From: Octopus sinensis
Lineage: Eukaryota
Direction: 5' to 3'
Length of the DNA stretch: 64,000 nt
Assembly (NCBI RefSeq): GCF_006345805.1
Contig: NC_043002.1
Coordinates: 102,610,001-102,674,000, forward strand
Each line of letters begins with the position of its first letter. Position 1 is the first letter of the stretch. This document shows, piece after piece, positions 13,621 through 27,332 of the stretch. Below the pieces are notes generated by a model. That model made no database searches. It saw nothing but the letters and a program-made list of their open reading frames with translations, and was not told where the DNA came from. The translations under genes were made by a program, and so were the position numbers.

Positions 13621-14335
13621 CATTATCATATGATACCTCACAGTTTATTTTCTTGGGTATGATGGAAAGTGTCAGCTGTCCACAGCCAGCAGACCAAGGT
13701 GATAATTGATTACTGATCATGCTTCATGAACCCTGCGAAGAATTCTTGCAGTTCCAAGCAATGCTGACTTTTGTAGGTGTTCAACCTTCACACGTGCACC
13801 CATCTTTTTCAGCCATGTTGGTAATTGAGTGCTGATACCTCCAGGTTCACCAATTACTATTGATATCCCGTCTACTCTCTTCATTGACCACAACCTTTGC
13901 ATTTCCTACTTCAAAGCGTCATAGTCGTTTATTTTTTCTTCTTTCCCATTGATCCTGTTACCACCGGGGTTTGTTATGACGATTATCGTACACGTTCCTC
14001 CTTTTTTATTCACCACAACAATGTCAGTTTTCCACTCTCTTGTCGTGTGATCACACTGGACATTAACTCCCACGGGATTGTGTAATTCTCATTTCCGGTG
14101 ACATCTGGAGTTTGTGCATACCGCAACTTTGCTCTATGTAGGCTGTGATTTTCACGGGGCTCCCAATGGATCATTCTTTCCACACTGTCATGGCGTCTTT
14201 TGTATTCACGTTGTGCCAATTTCAGGCATTCGCTAACGATGTTTCATACCGTTTCACCCCTCTCACCACACATTCTGCATTTGTCGCTATCGGTAGTATT
14301 GTCTATTCATAACACTTTTTCCTGATCTATATTTA
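13552..14335 (-). mobile_element. 3' end of an R4/Dong-type (restriction-like endonuclease) non-LTR retrotransposon
   Basis: Minus strand: CCHC-type knuckle DKCRMCGERGETV*NIVSECLKLAQREYKRRHD..IHW (His codon hit by a stop), then the C-terminal IVIG..GG...QKSALLGTARILRRV, a short 3' UTR and an (AAT)n tail. Frameshifted. Confidence 0.8.
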
Positions 14336-14850
14336 AGAGATAAGGAATTATGTACATTATTTACATTATTTACATTCGATGGATATACAAAAGATACAAA
14401 AGATTAGCGGTCTTTATGACATCAGGACAGTATTCCCGAGTAAAACAACACTTGGCAAATATCTCCTTCGAGCAAAACCACCAGTAGAAGAGAATATGAC
14501 CAAAGACTATGTGTATTCCATCCCATGCGGCTGTGGTAGGTTATACAAAGGCGAAACATGCCACCCCCTCAAAATAACGGTAGACGAACATCGCAAAGCT
14601 GTGACACGAGGATATATTGATAAATCAGGTATAGCTGATCATGTATGGGAAATGGAGACTACCTCCCTTGTAGGATGAAGTTAAAATAATAGACAGAGAA
14701 CACCAGTGGAAAATACGAAAACTAAAAAAAGCAGCACATATGTTAGGACACAACAACCTCCTAAGCACACCGAGTGCAGATATGAATAGCATATGGGAAC
14801 TAGTATTGAGGAAGGATAGAAAAATATTAGATTTATAAACTTCATTCCAT
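14330..14850 (+). mobile_element. PLE GIY-YIG endonuclease 3' fragment
   Basis: VYSIPCGCGRLYKGET.HPLK..VDEH...SGIADHVW, then (frameshift) DEVKIIDREHQWKIRKLK.AAH. Confidence 0.8.
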
Positions 14851-14854
14851 AATT

Positions 14855-15005
14855 GCACACGGGTATATGGCTTAATGGTTGAAAGCGCGGGCTTTTAACA
14901 TCAAGATTCCGAGTTTGATTCCAAACAGTGACCTGAACAACAATAAGTAGAAGAACATCGAAAAATACCTTACGAATGAGAACCCAGATTCGAAATTTCC
15001 CCAGG
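14855..15005 (+). mobile_element. tRNA-headed SINE fragment
   Basis: A-box-like TGGCTTAATGG and B-box-like GAGTTTGATTCC; it directly follows the PLE fragment. Confidence 0.55.
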
Positions 15006-18000
15006 ACTCCTCATCCATAGACACCGGTCCTCTCTATCAGTCTTGGCGTTCACACCTCTTGCAAACTGACCGTACATTTTTTTCTTTCCATGCGTTTTCT
15101 TTTTTTTTTGACAAAATGTTTAATGGCGTTTCGTCCGTCTTTCCGTTCCCAGTTCAAATTCCGCCGAAGTGGACTTTACCTTTCATCATTTCAAGTTCGA
15201 TAAAATAAATATAATTTGTGCTCTGGGGTGAATGTTCTCGACTAAATGCTTCCCACTAAAGTCCAGGTTTCTGTCTCTAGAAGGGAACCAGATGTTTGGA
15301 TCAAGTGATCACGCTTGAAGTTAGTGAAAAACTTTCGTTCTTATGATGCTTATGATGACGACGACAATGATCATAATGGGCATTTAAACTTATTCAGTCT
15401 GGATTGAGAAAGCATAGTACCATCACGCATTTGAATACGAGATTGGGACTATAACATTACTTGTTACTAGACTCATTTTTTTGTATCTCGTGTTCACTTG
15501 ATTAATTATGTAACTAATTAATTACTTAATTACTATAATAAACATTCTGTCAATCAATTAATTAACTAGTTTCGACCTTCCCGAGATACAACAAAATAAT
15601 TTTCAATACACGAGTTCTCATAAATAATTTCCCAAATCAAATAAAAAAAAAACGAAATATGGGTATCCTTTTTTTTCTGGTTATCAAATTCGTGAATTCA
15701 CATGCTAATTGTGTCGTTAGGGTCCATTTACCTGCTTATCTACAGAGTTTCATCAATTCTTAGTAGTACACAGAATAACATGATTCGAATGTAGCCCTAC
15801 CCAATAAAGTGGCTTGGTTAAAACAACAGAAAAATTTAGTTTGATTAAATAGATTCACAACATGGCATTGTGAATTGAAGAAGAAAAGAAGAAATTATTG
15901 TAAGTAAAACTATGTTTTTGATGATATTTAGCTTTAGTACTACATGTCCAAGGGAACATATTATCAAAGATAACATGCTGTGATCATACCACAGATATAT
16001 TGTCTCATGTGCCTTGTTAGCTTTAAGACTTTAGGGAGAGAGCTAAGAGCGATTGAGGTGTTATTTCTATGAGATAAAGCAACTGATAAAGCAACTGTGC
16101 AGACAGTTTCTCATTGGGCCAAAAAGTGATATGTTCTGTCAGTTTTGTAGGCGTATTTTGAAGGAAATATGGCAATATTTTCTAACAAGCCGATTGGATT
16201 CCTACCTTTTCCCGTTTTTTGAGGGTGTTGTAGGGGTGTCATCAAGCGCGAATGATCTTTATTGTGTAGTCAACTGGGACCACAAGTATTTGTCTTTCAT
16301 TTTGAAGCAGAAAGGAATGCAGTGGACATCAACCCATGCTGGTTTTGTGACACTACTGAGTAGTGTGGTATCCTCAAGTAGGAAACCAGAAGCAATGTTT
16401 GTAGTAGAATGGAATTCCAAAAAAACAAAAAAAAACACCTAATTTGCCCGTTGTCATATTAAACCCGGCGATCGATTAGGGTTGTAACTCCAGTAGATTA
16501 TGAGAGGATTTGATCATTGAACGCAAACTGTTGGAGACACAAAAAACAGAAAAAAAACGTAATATATCTACTTCGATTTTGTCAATTCTACTCACACACC
16601 ACATTACATGATCTTATTTTTATTTTTAATCGACTCTCAAATAATGAAGGCAAATTTAATCTAGTCGGGTTTCGAACATCAGAACAAATATACACCCCAA
16701 CTACTTTAACCAATGCTCCATCAACTCTGCCAAATAGCTGCTTCTTTGCTTTTATATGAACATCTAATTTGTCTCTTCTGCACTCGGCATCCGATTTTTT
16801 AAACCGAAACTTTTCATTTTGTTGTTCATTTTTTTAACAATCAACTACATATCGTTGACGTAATACCTCACTAAATGCCACTTAATATTAGCAATTTTTT
16901 CTACTTATTTATCTCTTATTAATGACGAGCAACTAATAGAAAATATATTTTCGAATCGATTAATTACGAAAAGCATAAAGAACGAAGAGAAAATAGTGGA
17001 AAAAAAAATCAAGCGAAACAATTAAAAATCACCAAGTTTTATTCGCCACACATTATAGAAATCAAAATGGTTATTTCAAAAATAGCATAGCAATATTGAT
17101 TTATAGCATAATACAAGTAGATATTTTCCATTCTTATAAGATTGTTCAGCATAGATATTTCGGCTTTAGATTTCTCTCATTGGACAGCGTAATGTCAGTC
17201 AATTTATTTCTTACTGCTCATTAAAAATGCTTTTAAAACCTAGTGAGTTCCCTATAAGCAACAGGCAATTTCCTCGTCCAATCACAACTGAAAACGGGTT
17301 TTGGCTTCTTAGTTACAACATTATCTACTCAAATTACGTCGTTTATGACGCAGGGAGAAAATACGAACATAGCAACTGGTTGTTCCCTATTTTCTCCTCG
17401 ATACAGCAGGAAAAATTTAGTGCCCTTTCGTGGCAAGGTCAGCAGCTTCATTAAATGGAGTTAGAAATGTGCCTCCGCAAACCTGCTGCATAATAAGATG
17501 TTGTATCTTCTTGAAGCTTGTAATTCAAAAGAAAGGTCAGCAGTACATTTGCTCTTCGTAATGCTCGTCATACCGCTATTAATTTGCTTCTACTTATTTT
17601 ATCAAAATACAAGGCTACCAGAATATTTCACAACACAGATTAGTTAGTATTGTGTTCACAATATCTCACATATATGTGAACAGAATATATGAGATATTTC
17701 AAAGCAAAGCTGAGAGAAACTGAAGGCGTTGATTTGATAACTATCGGCATAACACGGAACATACAGCGACCCTTAAAAGTAGAAGACACACACACACAAC
17801 TAGAAAAACGAAGGAAACTGTGGATAAATTGTCAGTAAATATTTGGCGATGTCATGGCTGGAGTATTTTAATAGTGGTTCTGCCGGATAAGAGTTAAACT
17901 AGAGATAAGCACTGACACCATCAAAACACTAGTAAATCCAGTTCTAGTTGTTAGAAGGAGCAACTCGTATATAGCGCAGACAATACTCCGCTGACTCATA

Positions 18001-19442
18001 AATTCGAGAAATTGATGAGATTAATTTTAAAACGAAATAGAAAGTGGGGCCGAAGAATAATGGTGGAGGCTGGTAAGGATCTAATAATATCTTTACTGAT
18101 GTACGACTTGATTTAATACAAGTATCTGAATGTAGAAAACGTCCTTCTCAGAATTACAACCAATCGAAAAACTTTCATTAATGCGCCTGTCACATCTAGG
18201 TGAGATTGTACGACGAATTGGAAGGGTTTGCTCCATGGACTTATTGATGGGTCAATCACTGTTAGAACTGGGGGGTTTTTGGCATCATTGTTGATAATCT
18301 TATACGTTATGTAATTAGAAAGCAGCAACTATTTATTTTGTGTATGGAATATCTAATATAGATAAGAAAAAAATGGACGGAAAGAGTTCTCGATGGGAAA
18401 ATTGTATTCCATTTTTCCCAAAATTTTGCTTTCTCCAAAATGGTGGATTTGAAGAATTGTCATGATGTCGGACAAAGTAATCGGAAACATCTTTGCTTTT
18501 CATCACTTAGGCGATGATAACATGAAGAAACAGTCAATTACTGGGAGGCGATATAATTGATTTTCCCGTTGCTGGCCTTCCACCCTGCAACAATTCGACC
18601 TTGCGTTCAGCGAGGACCGTTGTGATCTTAGTCAATTATATATCATGGAAACCGGAGACCTGGCTTTATGAGTTATAAGACTCGAGAGAAAACAAATTCA
18701 ATCGTATGACCACCTTAATGGTAGCACCTACATGATTATAGCCCACCATGTCAAATATATTGTCTATCATAGTTCGGTTGTTAGCTCTCCTTGTATTTAA
18801 TCTCAACTTTACGTTTTTAAATGAGAACATAGTCACGTTACATGACATTCAAATTAATAGATGACTTTTGATTAGGAGCGAAGCGATTGTTTGTGTAAAT
18901 ATTTACCCAACTAACGAATCTTACACCTAATCGAGATAAGATAGAGAAGAGAATGTACTTATAAAGTATTTCGTTTAAGAATAATATTTTTAGAGTGCTC
19001 TACTTCTAGGTGGGATTAAGGGCTGATATATATTCTAATTTTGTCTCTTAATACAATGAATGTGGTGATTATATTAATATAGATTCTACATCCAATGTGC
19101 TCAGGTTGTAAACCTGGCTTAAATATACTGGAGATAATAGAGTTATTTAAAGATGTATACATTTATACATTTAACTTATAATGTGGAACGTTGCATAAAA
19201 ATCAGACAACTCACTTACAAGCACGCACGTTAGAAAATATACTTATCAACTTATTGCATACGTGTGTTTGCGTACGCGTTTCTTCCTCTCTGTCTGTCTC
19301 TCCCTCTCTGTCTCTCTCTCCCTATCCCCAGTATTTACCTTTTCTCTCCCTCTCACTCTCTACCTTTCTCTCGTTCTCTCTCTTCTGCTCTCTACCTTAA
19401 TCTCTCTCTACTTCTCACTCTCTCTCTCCCTCTTTATATGTA

Positions 19443-19485
<43 letters not shown>

Positions 19486-19498
19486 TATATATACATAT

Positions 19499-19564
<66 letters not shown>

Positions 19565-19614
19565 ACACGTTAATATTTAGCATCTGCAGATCAGGTCATC
19601 AGATGCTAAATATC

Positions 19615-20160
19615 ACATGCCTGTCTATCTCTGACCTCACACATCAGCAAAATCATGATGGAATCTACTGTCAGAAAATAGCTGATCACGTTCCTAGAAG
19701 AAATTAACTTACTGACACGCAACATGTCTTCCGTCCAGGAAAGAACTCTCTCATCCAACCAACAGAGCAGTACGACGGAGTAGTAGTGAAGTTCCATCAT
19801 GAAAATGTGGCTGTTGATGTATATCGACTTTGCAAATGATTTCAATAAAGTTCATTACGAGCTGCGTGAACTCAGCATCATTGGAAATTTAAGGGGATGG
19901 CTAGGTGACTTTTTGAAATGTAGAAGTCTGGTAACTGCCACCGACGGTACTCTCACCTTAGTGGAATCCACCTGGATCTGCGATGGGGCCACTGCCATTT
20001 GCGGTTGATGGCGGACTGTCAGTCTCTCTTCCCAACTGCACTGACGGTACATAACTATTACAGACTGTAACCAACTCTGATAATAAGGCAATACTTCAGA
20101 AACAGGTGGACGAAATACACAAGTGCCCCGAAGAAGGACAATAATATGTTATTCTTTCTT
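19615..20160 (+). mobile_element. Decayed CR1/L2-type LINE RT fragment
   Basis: Similar to the reverse complement of 43600-44220 (CTGAC.TCACACAT.AGC.AA.TCATG). Remnants of DFAKAFDKV, IIGNLRGWLGDFL and AILQKQVDEIHK. Confidence 0.7.
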
Positions 20161-21578
20161 TTAATAAACAAAGAATTTTTTATCAGAGAACACAGTCTCG
20201 GGGATAATTATTTCAATCTCAGAATTACAGTCGGTGTGTTTCTGGGAATCCACATGGGCAATGATTCCGTTTGTGTACTATTGATTTGGCAGTAATGATT
20301 AAATGACTGGCCGGTTGAATTCGGTGATCATTCAGAACACCGTCAAAAGAATTAATGCTTGTGTTTTGGTAATCTCTTGTCCATTGTCGCTTGGACTATT
20401 GCTCCCATTAACGGCCACGACATGGTGCCAAATTGTCAAAGACGTAAATATTACTGCAAATACGTTTGCTTCAGTGTAGAATACGGGATACAGTGAGGAG
20501 CTAAAAGAATTGTCTCTACTGCCTAGAGCAAAGGCTTGCAAGATATGCAGTTAAAATATATATATACAACGGTATGTGTTTTTGTGTATGACTCTCTCTC
20601 GCTTTTCTGTCTCCCTTTCTCTTACTCTCTCTCTTTTCTCTCTCCCTTTCCCTTACTCTCTCTCTCTCTCTCTCTCTCTCGGTATGTATATGCATATACC
20701 AAGGACATCGGTATCTTTCACTTCACTTTGCAATTAAAATATATGCAACCAGCCCACCTCTAGATATCACTGCAAAGCATCAAAGTACCACCCTCTCTAT
20801 CTAGAATTAGTGTCCAATACTATACCAGTTCACAGTTCAAGAGCTCACAACCTTTAATTACTTTCTCAGAACCAAAAAAAAAGAACAAAATAAAAAAGAA
20901 ATTCATGTGGTGTACATGTTATTGTGTATGAACAGCTATCATAGCAAGAAAAGCAAATACGGGTGGCCTTGTCGAAGACACCGATCCCTCAGAAACAAAT
21001 ATAGATGCAGACCCGAGGGAGTTAAATGAAATTAACTCTCAATCTCACCAACAGCACGGCCCAACCTGGTCACGACGTGTCTCCATCTTAATTTTAGTCA
21101 GATGGCAAGTTAGTCCCATGTCTGTGCGTCTGCAATTTTATCAGAACACACTCGAGTTATTTTAACAAATAAAAGGAGATGTATCCAGCTTCTTCAAGGC
21201 AGAAATATATACGAGATATTTTGCGTGCTAGGAATAGTAACTAAACTTCTCTCAAACCACATTCTATCAGCTTTAAAATTATAGAAGGTCAGACTGCACA
21301 CTCACAACTGAGAACAACGCCAGCATCAAAATCCAACGCATTCCATTGATTTGAAAGATTCCTTTTCTGCTACAGTGTAGTTGACAATTCCATTTCTTTC
21401 CATTCTACACGAACAAAATTATAAGCTTTTGTCTGGTAGCTTTCAAGTATAACAACTACATCTATAATCTACGCTGAGTATACTATGAGAGAAACTAGTT
21501 CTCTATATAAACCATGTTAGCGCGTGGGGCTACGGCAGGAATGTTTTCGATCATAGATCTAATCGACCACGATTAAGC

Positions 21579-21615
<37 letters not shown>

Positions 21616-21971
21616 CAGAAGCAATGTTTAATGACGAATGGAATCTTTGCATAATGGAATAAAATTGCAAGATATAACATACCATCAAATCGACATGTAA
21701 GATAGAGGCTTGTGCGAAACTTCACTAATACGGCATGGATTCGACTGAAGCTGAGGAAACCTTGTTACAGGCATCACCACCGTTAAAAATAACACTAAAA
21801 GCAACCGTAAGATTCACTTCCAATCTGAAGAAAAGGGTGTAGAACATCGAATGCACCAATTGATCCCGTTAACTTACATTGTCTCGAATTTCTCCTGTTC
21901 TCCTTCACGAGAATTCTCCTCTAATTGTTTGTTCCTCAAATGAAGCCCCCCCTCTCTCTCTCTCTCACTAT

Positions 21972-22036
<65 letters not shown>

Positions 22037-24006
22037 ACAAACTCTCGCAGCAATCACCTTAAAAATGTTGATGAAGTTAAACTATAAAACAACAACACAT
22101 GAATTATTTTACCATGAAAGAGTAATAGTGGAAGGCGTGTTGTAATGTTTAGTCTACGGGGCCTCGTCCAATTTCCCGATAAAACGAATCGTTATACACA
22201 CACAACACATACACACACATATATATATAAACACACACACACACACACATACACACATATATAAACACTAAGCAACCGACGTGTCTGGCGCAGTGTGTTA
22301 TTTCTGATCGCTATCATATTTCCCGTTTACAATTTAGATTCTGTGTAACATTTTTCGTTTTTTTTCCTATTTTTTTTTTATCAAACACAGTTTCTCTATT
22401 TAAAGACGAAATAAAAAGACTAATTTTATTTTCATAGCGGAAGTTGAGAGGCGAAATAATAAGTATCCCACAGAACGTCATAAAATGATTACCGCCCAAC
22501 CATCTTGCACCAATATTTCACTCTGAACGTTGTGCTTCACTGACCTCATCCTTCTTGCTTCTCTAATAAAATGATCACCATAATTATTATATATAGTTAT
22601 GAATATATAATCTAGCATCGAATGTTGAGTACTTTGTGTGAGAAAGCAATGTTTTTTAATTGTTTTCTTTGATTTTATTGCAGTTTTAATGTTTTGTATA
22701 TAATCTTTTGATCCCCGAGACAGATAACGGGGGAATTTTATGGGAGATAAAAGAAAGAGCGAAGAATATGATGTTTGTTGACTATGTATGTGATAAACTG
22801 CAGACAAAAATAGCATTAATGCAAATATCAAGACAGAAAAGAAAGATGGTATCAGTTAGAAAGAAATGTAATGAGATTTTACAAAGGAAGTTGTTATCGT
22901 CGTAAATATCACCATTAATAGAATTTATTGTAAAGCAAAGCTTTTTAAAAAGTAAATTGGTATTAGTTATTTTTAGTTTTGGTTGAGGGAGCCTAGCATT
23001 AAATTACCAACAGATATTGTATTCTGAAATCAGTGAATGTGACAAAGGCAATTTGAAAACAATGTATAATGTTTAGAAAATATACCGAGGTTAAAAGTCG
23101 CGAGTTATTCAACCTAAAGATTTGTAACTAAATACAACGTTCTTTGTATATCTTTTTTAAGAATTATACTTTTATGCTATTTATAATACTGTTTTTTTAC
23201 TGTCTTACTACTACTATTTCGCGAACAGATTTGGTCGTCATTGAAGCTTCGATCCTATGAAGCGGAATATGGTTAAAGTCCGTTGTTCAATATTGTACTT
23301 GCATGTCGAGTACTCTCAGTTCTGAAAATGTTACTCATAGACGTCGTCTAGTGACTTTCAGAGAAATCGCTGCATTGTTGTTATTCCTCTTTCAATAGTG
23401 AATCAATCACACTTGAGGTTATCGAATCGTCAGTGAGCACAGCAAACCCGAGCTTTTGAATTTTATCTTGTTCGTGAGTATTTTTAAAAAACGGAAATTC
23501 CATGTTTATGTCTTTATTCTTATGATTTCATTATTAAAAACGATCGACAGACTAGATCTAAGGCGCGTAGTGATATGAGATATCCTAAGTCAGAAAATAG
23601 TTCGAATGGTTGTAATCCCAATGATTTCGACCGGAAACCCTTTAAGATAGATTTGTTTAATAAAAACATAGCATGAGTTTAAAACAGCAGCCTAATAAAG
23701 GTCGAGTTTCAGTGGAAACAATGGCGTTACCCGAGAGTCTAGAAATATCGTTAAAAGCAGTCATCTACACACGCATCCTTCTTGAAAAACTTTGGACAGG
23801 CATTAGAAAATGTAGCACTAAATATATATGACAAGGATAAGTCGTGAGTAACACATCTTTAATTTAATTGGGAATAAATATTTAGGATTAGAAAACCTAG
23901 TTTAGCAATGATACAAGGATTTATTAAAAGCAGTCGTTAATCGATACATTTCGGTTATAGTTCTAGACTGGTAAATATATTGTATTGTTCTTGTATATAT
24001 GAAAAG

Positions 24007-24323
24007 GTGGAGGCGCAATGGCCCAGTGGTTAGGACAGCGGACTCGTGGTCGGAGGATCGCGGTTTCGATTCCCAGACCGGGTGTTTTGTGTGTTTATTA
24101 AACGAAAACGCCTAAAGCTCCACGAGGCTCCGGTAGGGGGTGGTGGCGACCCCTCTTGTACTCTTTCGCCACAATTTTCCCTCAATCTTTCTTCCTGCTT
24201 CTTGAGTAACGCTGTGGTGGACTGGCGTCCCGTCCAGCTGGGAGAACACATACGCCACAGAAACCGGGAAACCGGGCCCATGAGCCTGGTTAGGCTTGAA
24301 TAAGGGCGCATAAATAAATAAAA
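24007..24323 (+). mobile_element. Full-length tRNA-derived SINE (family C, Meta-like core) with 12-bp TSD
   Basis: A box TGGCCCAGTGG, B box GGTTTCGATTCC, core GGACTGGCGTCCCGTCCAG...CAGAAACCGGGAAACCGG and a (TAAA)n tail. TSD ATATATGAAAAG at 23995-24006 and 24324-24335. Confidence 0.9.
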
Positions 24324-24519
24324 ATATATGAAAAGCGAAGAGTCACCAGAGAGGGATTTGAATGCTATGTATAAAAATCAGAAATAAGTAGTGCATGGAA
24401 TTTTGTCAGAGGCACTAACGAATCTGCCAAGTTATTGTCTTTCAACAACAATAACGTGAACACTGATTCTAGTTTCAATTTCTGGTAAAAGCCAGCAATT
24501 TCGGTAGAGTGAGATAAGA

Positions 24520-24682
24520 CGATTACATCAGCATCAATATTTATTTTAACGACACCCAGCCCGAGAGGATAAAAGGCAAAGTCAATCTCGCCGGAATTTG
24601 AAAACTGAGAATGTAAATATGTACGAAATGGCGCTAAGCATTTTGTCCGGTTCGCTAATGACTCTGGCGACTCGCTGCTTTA
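24520..24682 (-). mobile_element. Diverged SINE family A copy
   Basis: GAGAGGATAAAAGGCAAAGTCAATCTCGCCGGAATTTGAA...GCTAAGCATTTTGTCCGG is the reverse complement of the family A head and core. Confidence 0.7.
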
Positions 24683-24965
24683 ATGCAAAGGAAATTATTG
24701 ACAGGAAACGAAATCAAGTCCTGGTTAACAATGGGACTGGATACCTTATTCAAGAAACACTAGCGACAAAATAGTCTTCAGTTCATTACCATATATAGAA
24801 TAATATAGTAATTAATATATAATGTTAAGAAAAACGTCACGACGGTTATAGATGGAAGAACTTATTTGAATGTAAGACGGAAGGAGATGAACTAAGTCAA
24901 TGTGTTTGTACGAATGTCTGTGTCTTTGAGCATGCGTGCCTGTTCTTATTCATATCTTTGACTGG

Positions 24966-25091
<126 letters not shown>

Positions 25092-25092
<1 letters not shown>

Positions 25093-25270
25093 GGGAAGCT
25101 TTATGAAAATAGACAAAAGACGAAGGCAGGTTTACGGAAATAAACAAAAGACGAAGGCAGGTGAAATACAAACAAACAATTTTATTAGTATGGCGCTCAG
25201 GAAATATAAATAAAACAAGTCTTTAACGTTTCGAGCCTACGCTCTTCAACAGAAAGATACACAGAGAAAA

Positions 25271-25272
<2 letters not shown>
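25092..25272 (-). mobile_element. PLE pseudo-LTR copy containing a minimal hammerhead-like motif (25220-25257)
   Basis: Near-identical reverse complement of 31490-31640; contains an internal ~31-bp duplication (ACAAAAGACGAAGGCAGGT twice). Confidence 0.75.
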
Positions 25273-25324
<52 letters not shown>

Positions 25325-25567
25325 AGAGGGAGAGAGAGAGAGCGATGGAGTTAAACTATGGTGTTATTCAAATCTTTATACTTCCGACATATGTTTCGAA
25401 GAAAACATTGTTTTTATTCCAGAAGTAATAAACTTATGTAAACTGTGCAATCTTCCCATCATTGGAAAAAAGAAGATAAATAAAACGCATCAATAAGACA
25501 TTTTAACCGAATGTGATTACTGCATATATGATGATCGGAACGCTGGTAAGTTATATCGAAAAAAAAC

Positions 25568-25609
<42 letters not shown>

Positions 25610-25834
25610 ATATATCTGTATGCGTGTGTGTGTGTTTGTGTGTGTGCAGGCGTGTGTGTTGGTATATAAATGTTAAATGGATAAGAAATAAATTACTACG
25701 CTGTAACTATTTGCGTCACTCTGTAACATAAACTTATAAGAACTAAAAGGCTGGCAACATATCTCATACACCTCCGCATTCATACACACACATTCTATAC
25801 TGTATTGACGTCGATATCTCTTCCTGACCTCTCA

Positions 25835-25868
<34 letters not shown>

Positions 25869-26934
25869 TCTCTCTCTTTCTCTCTCTTTCTCTCTTTGTC
25901 TTTCTGTTTCTCTTTCTCGTATCATTAAGAATCCAGTACAGAGGTATGAAGATTAAGACACGCTATTTTACTATTCATTGTATATTTCTATCTCCTAGCA
26001 AGATTTCTGCTAAATATTCTATCCGTTGTCCAGAAACATAATTGCCTGCCAAATCGGCATTATAAAAGTATTCCAGTGAGAGAGCATTTCTACATTGCAG
26101 CTTGTTATATGAAATATAACAATGAAATATTCCTAAACACACACACACACAGATACACACACACACACACTCCCACTCGCTTTAAAATAGGGATCTCATT
26201 TCCTACATACTAACTCCCTGAAAATTTGCGAAAGTAGAAAGGAAACAAAGCGTATAAAAGCATGCTTCGATATTCTACTGCATCTACTAAAACTGTAATT
26301 CCTGAATATGTAGATATTCCGCTTCGCCTATAGGGAATTGAAAAAGTGTATAGTGAGTAGCGAACAATCGAGAAATTAATCAGGTTAAAAGAAAGGAATG
26401 TAATCAAATTATAATTTAAATGAGAATTCTATTAGAAACTGAAAATTCTAAATTGCGACGCAAATACAATATACGGCCATTTGAAGAAGATAAACATGCA
26501 TTGTAAACACGAAATTGGTGTAAGTAAAACTCGACTAAATTCTTTAGCTACGAAATTAACTATAAATATTTTATCCGCTATTACAAGTGTGCTCCGGTAT
26601 TTCTAAGTGATATTGGTATTTCGCCCATAATTTGCGTAGCATCTGTTAGGAATTTTGAAAATAGTGATGTTTGTACTGACCTTCATTCAAAGTTCGCAGT
26701 AAAGAATTTACTATAAGAAGGAATAATTTTATGAATTAATTGTGAAAAAGAATCATGTAAATTAGAGAAAGTATATGAAGCAGTTTGGAATGCAGATGAG
26801 AAGCAGAGCCACTGATGTGTTCCATCTAGAAATCTTTTATTTCTTGGATGATTAAACTTACCGACTGGTTATTACACAGAATATTTCTAACGTCAAGGGA
26901 GCAGCACAATCTGCTGTTGAGATAATGATGTAAA

Positions 26935-27332
26935 TCTTTATATATAAAAGTGAGGTTGTGTGCTGTATGTCTCCTACGATTTAGATTCCTAACTGCTCCC
27001 ACATTTTGCGGTGCAGTTTAACCAAAACCGGGTATCTTATAGTCGTGATTCATATCGAGCCCTTCTGGGTATTAGCGCGCGTCTACGATGAGTCTATGAT
27101 TTAAAAAAAAAATTACCATCCATTTTTTCCATTTTTGATGCATTTTTGGCATATATAAGGGAAGTAACTCTCTAAAAAGTTATTATTATATCTCAGAACG
27201 TAAAAAGCTACAGTAACACCCCCTCCCTTTGTGGTTAGCCATATTGAGATGGCTATTATACTTTACATCTCTAAAAATGCTTATATAGCTATTTCCCTTA
27301 CAAACCCGAGCAACGCCGGGCGATACTGCTAG
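26935..27332 (+). mobile_element. Non-autonomous Helitron
   Basis: Starts A|TC(TTTATATATAAAAG) and ends with the subterminal hairpin CCCGAGCAACGCCGGG followed by CTAG|T. It is inserted in an AT dinucleotide with no TSD, the canonical Helitron ends. Confidence 0.85.

Noticed and set aside
16053-16442. 129-aa + strand ORF
   Set aside because: No recognisable motif or consistent splice structure; compatible with chance or the antisense of a decayed repeat.
20160-21170. Coding-looking unique islands (20160-20540, 20930-21170), also 5700-5940, 18400-18700, 21690-21850 and 46860-47280
   Set aside because: Each has short open frames on several strands, but none has a recognisable domain or a unique acceptor-ORF-donor solution.
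24010-24080. tRNA gene (also heads at 14860, 34300-34370, 56607 and 57600-57668)
   Set aside because: A and B boxes are present, but there is no complete cloverleaf, and each continues into a SINE body.
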